From a virus, in the IMG/VR virus record IMGVR_UViG_3300017749_000005, positions 1 to 64,000 of that record: a stretch of 64,000 nucleotides of DNA. One strand, 5' to 3'. This document shows, one piece after another, positions 62,888 through 64,000 of the stretch. The stretch's first letter is position 1. Every line of letters starts with the position of its first letter. The notes beneath the pieces were generated by a model. That model was not told where the DNA came from and searched no databases. It worked only from the letters and a program-made list of their open reading frames with translations. A program made the translations under genes and the position numbers.

Positions 62888-62929
62888 CAATAGGGTATTA
62901 ATATAATAGGGTAAGGGGCTAATGTCACA
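62883..62929. promoter_or_regulatory. Palindromic element copy 3 (inverted relative to copies 1 and 2)
   Basis: TGTGACAATAGGGTATTAATATAATAGGGTAAGGGGCTAATGTCACA. Its reverse complement is about 80% identical to copy 1. It overlaps the upstream stop and the first candidate ATG of the HTH gene. Confidence 0.7.
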
Positions 62930-63548
62930 TAGAAATCTTGAATATTTACATCGTAATAAAATTATATATAAGATGTTTCCAACATCGGATAAACCTACAA
63001 AAACTTTTTATTGGGGTTATTTCTTTGAACAAGGTACACATCAGTGTTATGATCTGTTTCGTAGTAAAGCTAAGATTACATCTTATAAGTCTCTTAAATG
63101 GCATATGTATGTTCTATATTATATTAATAAATCAGAGTCTGAGGTCAGCATGAAAAAAATAATAGATTATATATGCAATAAAGACAATGGATTCATTACA
63201 TTTACAGTTAAGGACAACATTAAAGACAATATGATATCTGATGTTCTTAACTCTGATTTGGATGAACCACCAAAAAATAAATTAAGAAAAGTTATATTTA
63301 AAGACTCTACTGGTTTATCTACAAAGAAGAAGTTAAAGATAGTTGGAGAGTTAATAGGTAAGTCTAAGTTGGTTAATAATGATGACATATATGAGTGTAT
63401 GTTAGAAATTAATAACTCAAATACAAGAATTACAATAGCTAACTTAGCTAGAATATTAGGTTGTTCCTCAAGAACTATTCATAGAAATATGGACAAAGAG
63501 TTAAAAAGAGAAAAGGATATACTTAATATTCAAAATGAAGAAATATAA
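62922..63548 (+). CDS. DNA-binding protein with C-terminal helix-turn-helix
   Basis: 208 aa. ITIANLARILGCSSRTIHRNMDKEL is a strong HTH. The start may instead be ATG 62973 (MFPTSDKP), because 62922 lies inside the palindrome arm. Confidence 0.6.
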   Translation: MSHRNLEYLHRNKIIYKMFPTSDKPTKTFYWGYFFEQGTHQCYDLFRSKAKITSYKSLKWHMYVLYYINKSESEVSMKKIIDYICNKDNGFITFTVKDNIKDNMISDVLNSDLDEPPKNKLRKVIFKDSTGLSTKKKLKIVGELIGKSKLVNNDDIYECMLEINNSNTRITIANLARILGCSSRTIHRNMDKELKREKDILNIQNEEI

Positions 63549-64000
63549 TATAAATACATACAGGTTATATAAAGAAGATGTTAAGCAAACTATAAAATCT
63601 CTGCCTGACGTAGATTATGAGCAATTAACTAGAAACCAATTAATAACAAAATTTATGCCTCTTGTAGAAAATATCGCTAAAAAGTTTTCAACCGCTGCAC
63701 AAGCATCAGGTACATTAGACGTACTAGATATAATACAAGAAGGTAGTGTAGGTTTAGTTAAAGCTGTAGATAGGATAGATTGGAACGTGTTTAACTTATC
63801 AGAAGATAAAGAAAAGACCATGAAGTCTTTCTTATCAAAAAGAATAAGAGGTGCAATCAGAAGATCAATAGATATGTATCGAGGTGATATGCGTATACCT
63901 GAACATAAGTTAAATGATATACGTAAGAACTTTGGTAAAGATGAGAAGATGGTTGCTATGTTCTTCAACTCTATATTTTTATCTACAGATGATACAATGG
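63535..64000 (+). CDS. Sigma-70-family RNA polymerase sigma factor, N-terminal part (continues past the window end)
   Basis: It is not in the ORF track because there is no stop in the window. My own translation is MKKYNINTYRLYKEDVKQ...MPLVENIAKKF...LDIIQEGSVGLVKAVDRID...SFLSKRIRGAIRRSIDMYRGDMRIPEH. This matches region 2.1-2.4 (DLIQEGxxGLxKAxxxFD; YAxxWIRxAI). The start overlaps the HTH gene end by 14 nt. Confidence 0.75.
   Translation, partial: MKKYNINTYRLYKEDVKQTIKSLPDVDYEQLTRNQLITKFMPLVENIAKKFSTAAQASGTLDVLDIIQEGSVGLVKAVDRIDWNVFNLSEDKEKTMKSFLSKRIRGAIRRSIDMYRGDMRIPEHKLNDIRKNFGKDEKMVAMFFNSIFLSTDDTM

Noticed and set aside
61506-63388. Track ORFs 61506..61709, 61581..61799, 62105..62290, 62938..63153 and 63167..63388
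   Set aside because: Each lies fully inside, or antisense to, a longer ORF with better composition or motifs (61361.., 62020.., 62922..). None has independent support.
63615-63968. 117-aa ORF on the - strand in the supplied track
   Set aside because: The + strand at the same position encodes clear sigma-70 region 2 motifs. The - strand product is hydrophobic, low-complexity sequence, so it is an antisense artefact.
1-64000. Search for lysogeny, mobile-element or defence-system genes (integrase, transposase, CRISPR, toxin-antitoxin, restriction-modification)
   Set aside because: I found no recombinase or transposase motifs, no repeat-spacer arrays, and no methyltransferase or restriction motifs in any long ORF. 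The window reads as a strictly lytic phage genome segment.

Overview
The window is a 64-kb stretch of a lytic, tailed dsDNA phage genome. It is AT-rich: hand counts on typical 60-nt lines give about 30% GC. Genes lack Shine-Dalgarno sequences and have A/T-rich leaders, which fits a low-GC Bacteroidetes-type (flavobacterial) host; that host assignment is an inference. No integrase, CRISPR array, rRNA or transposase was seen.

There are three modules.

1. Positions 1-4603 (+) hold the end of a nucleotide-metabolism operon. It encodes a T4 gp42-like dNMP hydroxymethylase (5' end truncated by the window edge), two MazG-type pyrophosphohydrolases (one fused to a GIY-YIG-like module), a PD-(D/E)xK nuclease, and nrdB and nrdA. 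It ends at a hairpin terminator.

2. Positions 54088 down to 4667 (-) form one uninterrupted leftward module of about 49.4 kb. It contains:
- small basic proteins;
- seven fibre-like genes, four of which carry C-terminal intramolecular-chaperone domains;
- a groEL-groES pair;
- three tandem paralogues;
- terL, portal, scaffold and major capsid protein;
- a 2638-aa tail-associated giant;
- an ejectosome-like trio ending in a 2577-aa HExxH-containing giant;
- lysis candidates and Cys-motif mini-proteins.

3. Positions 54150-64000 (+) are a dense array of about 33 small genes, many below the ORF-track cutoff. The array is punctuated by 12 copies of a rigid bipartite promoter-like motif and 3 copies of a ~47-bp palindromic element. 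It also contains an atypical class-II tRNA, a signal-anchored 3D-domain muralytic protein, an HTH protein, and a sigma-70-family gene that runs off the window.

Several short patches of 42-53% GC inside conserved genes indicate mosaic recombination.
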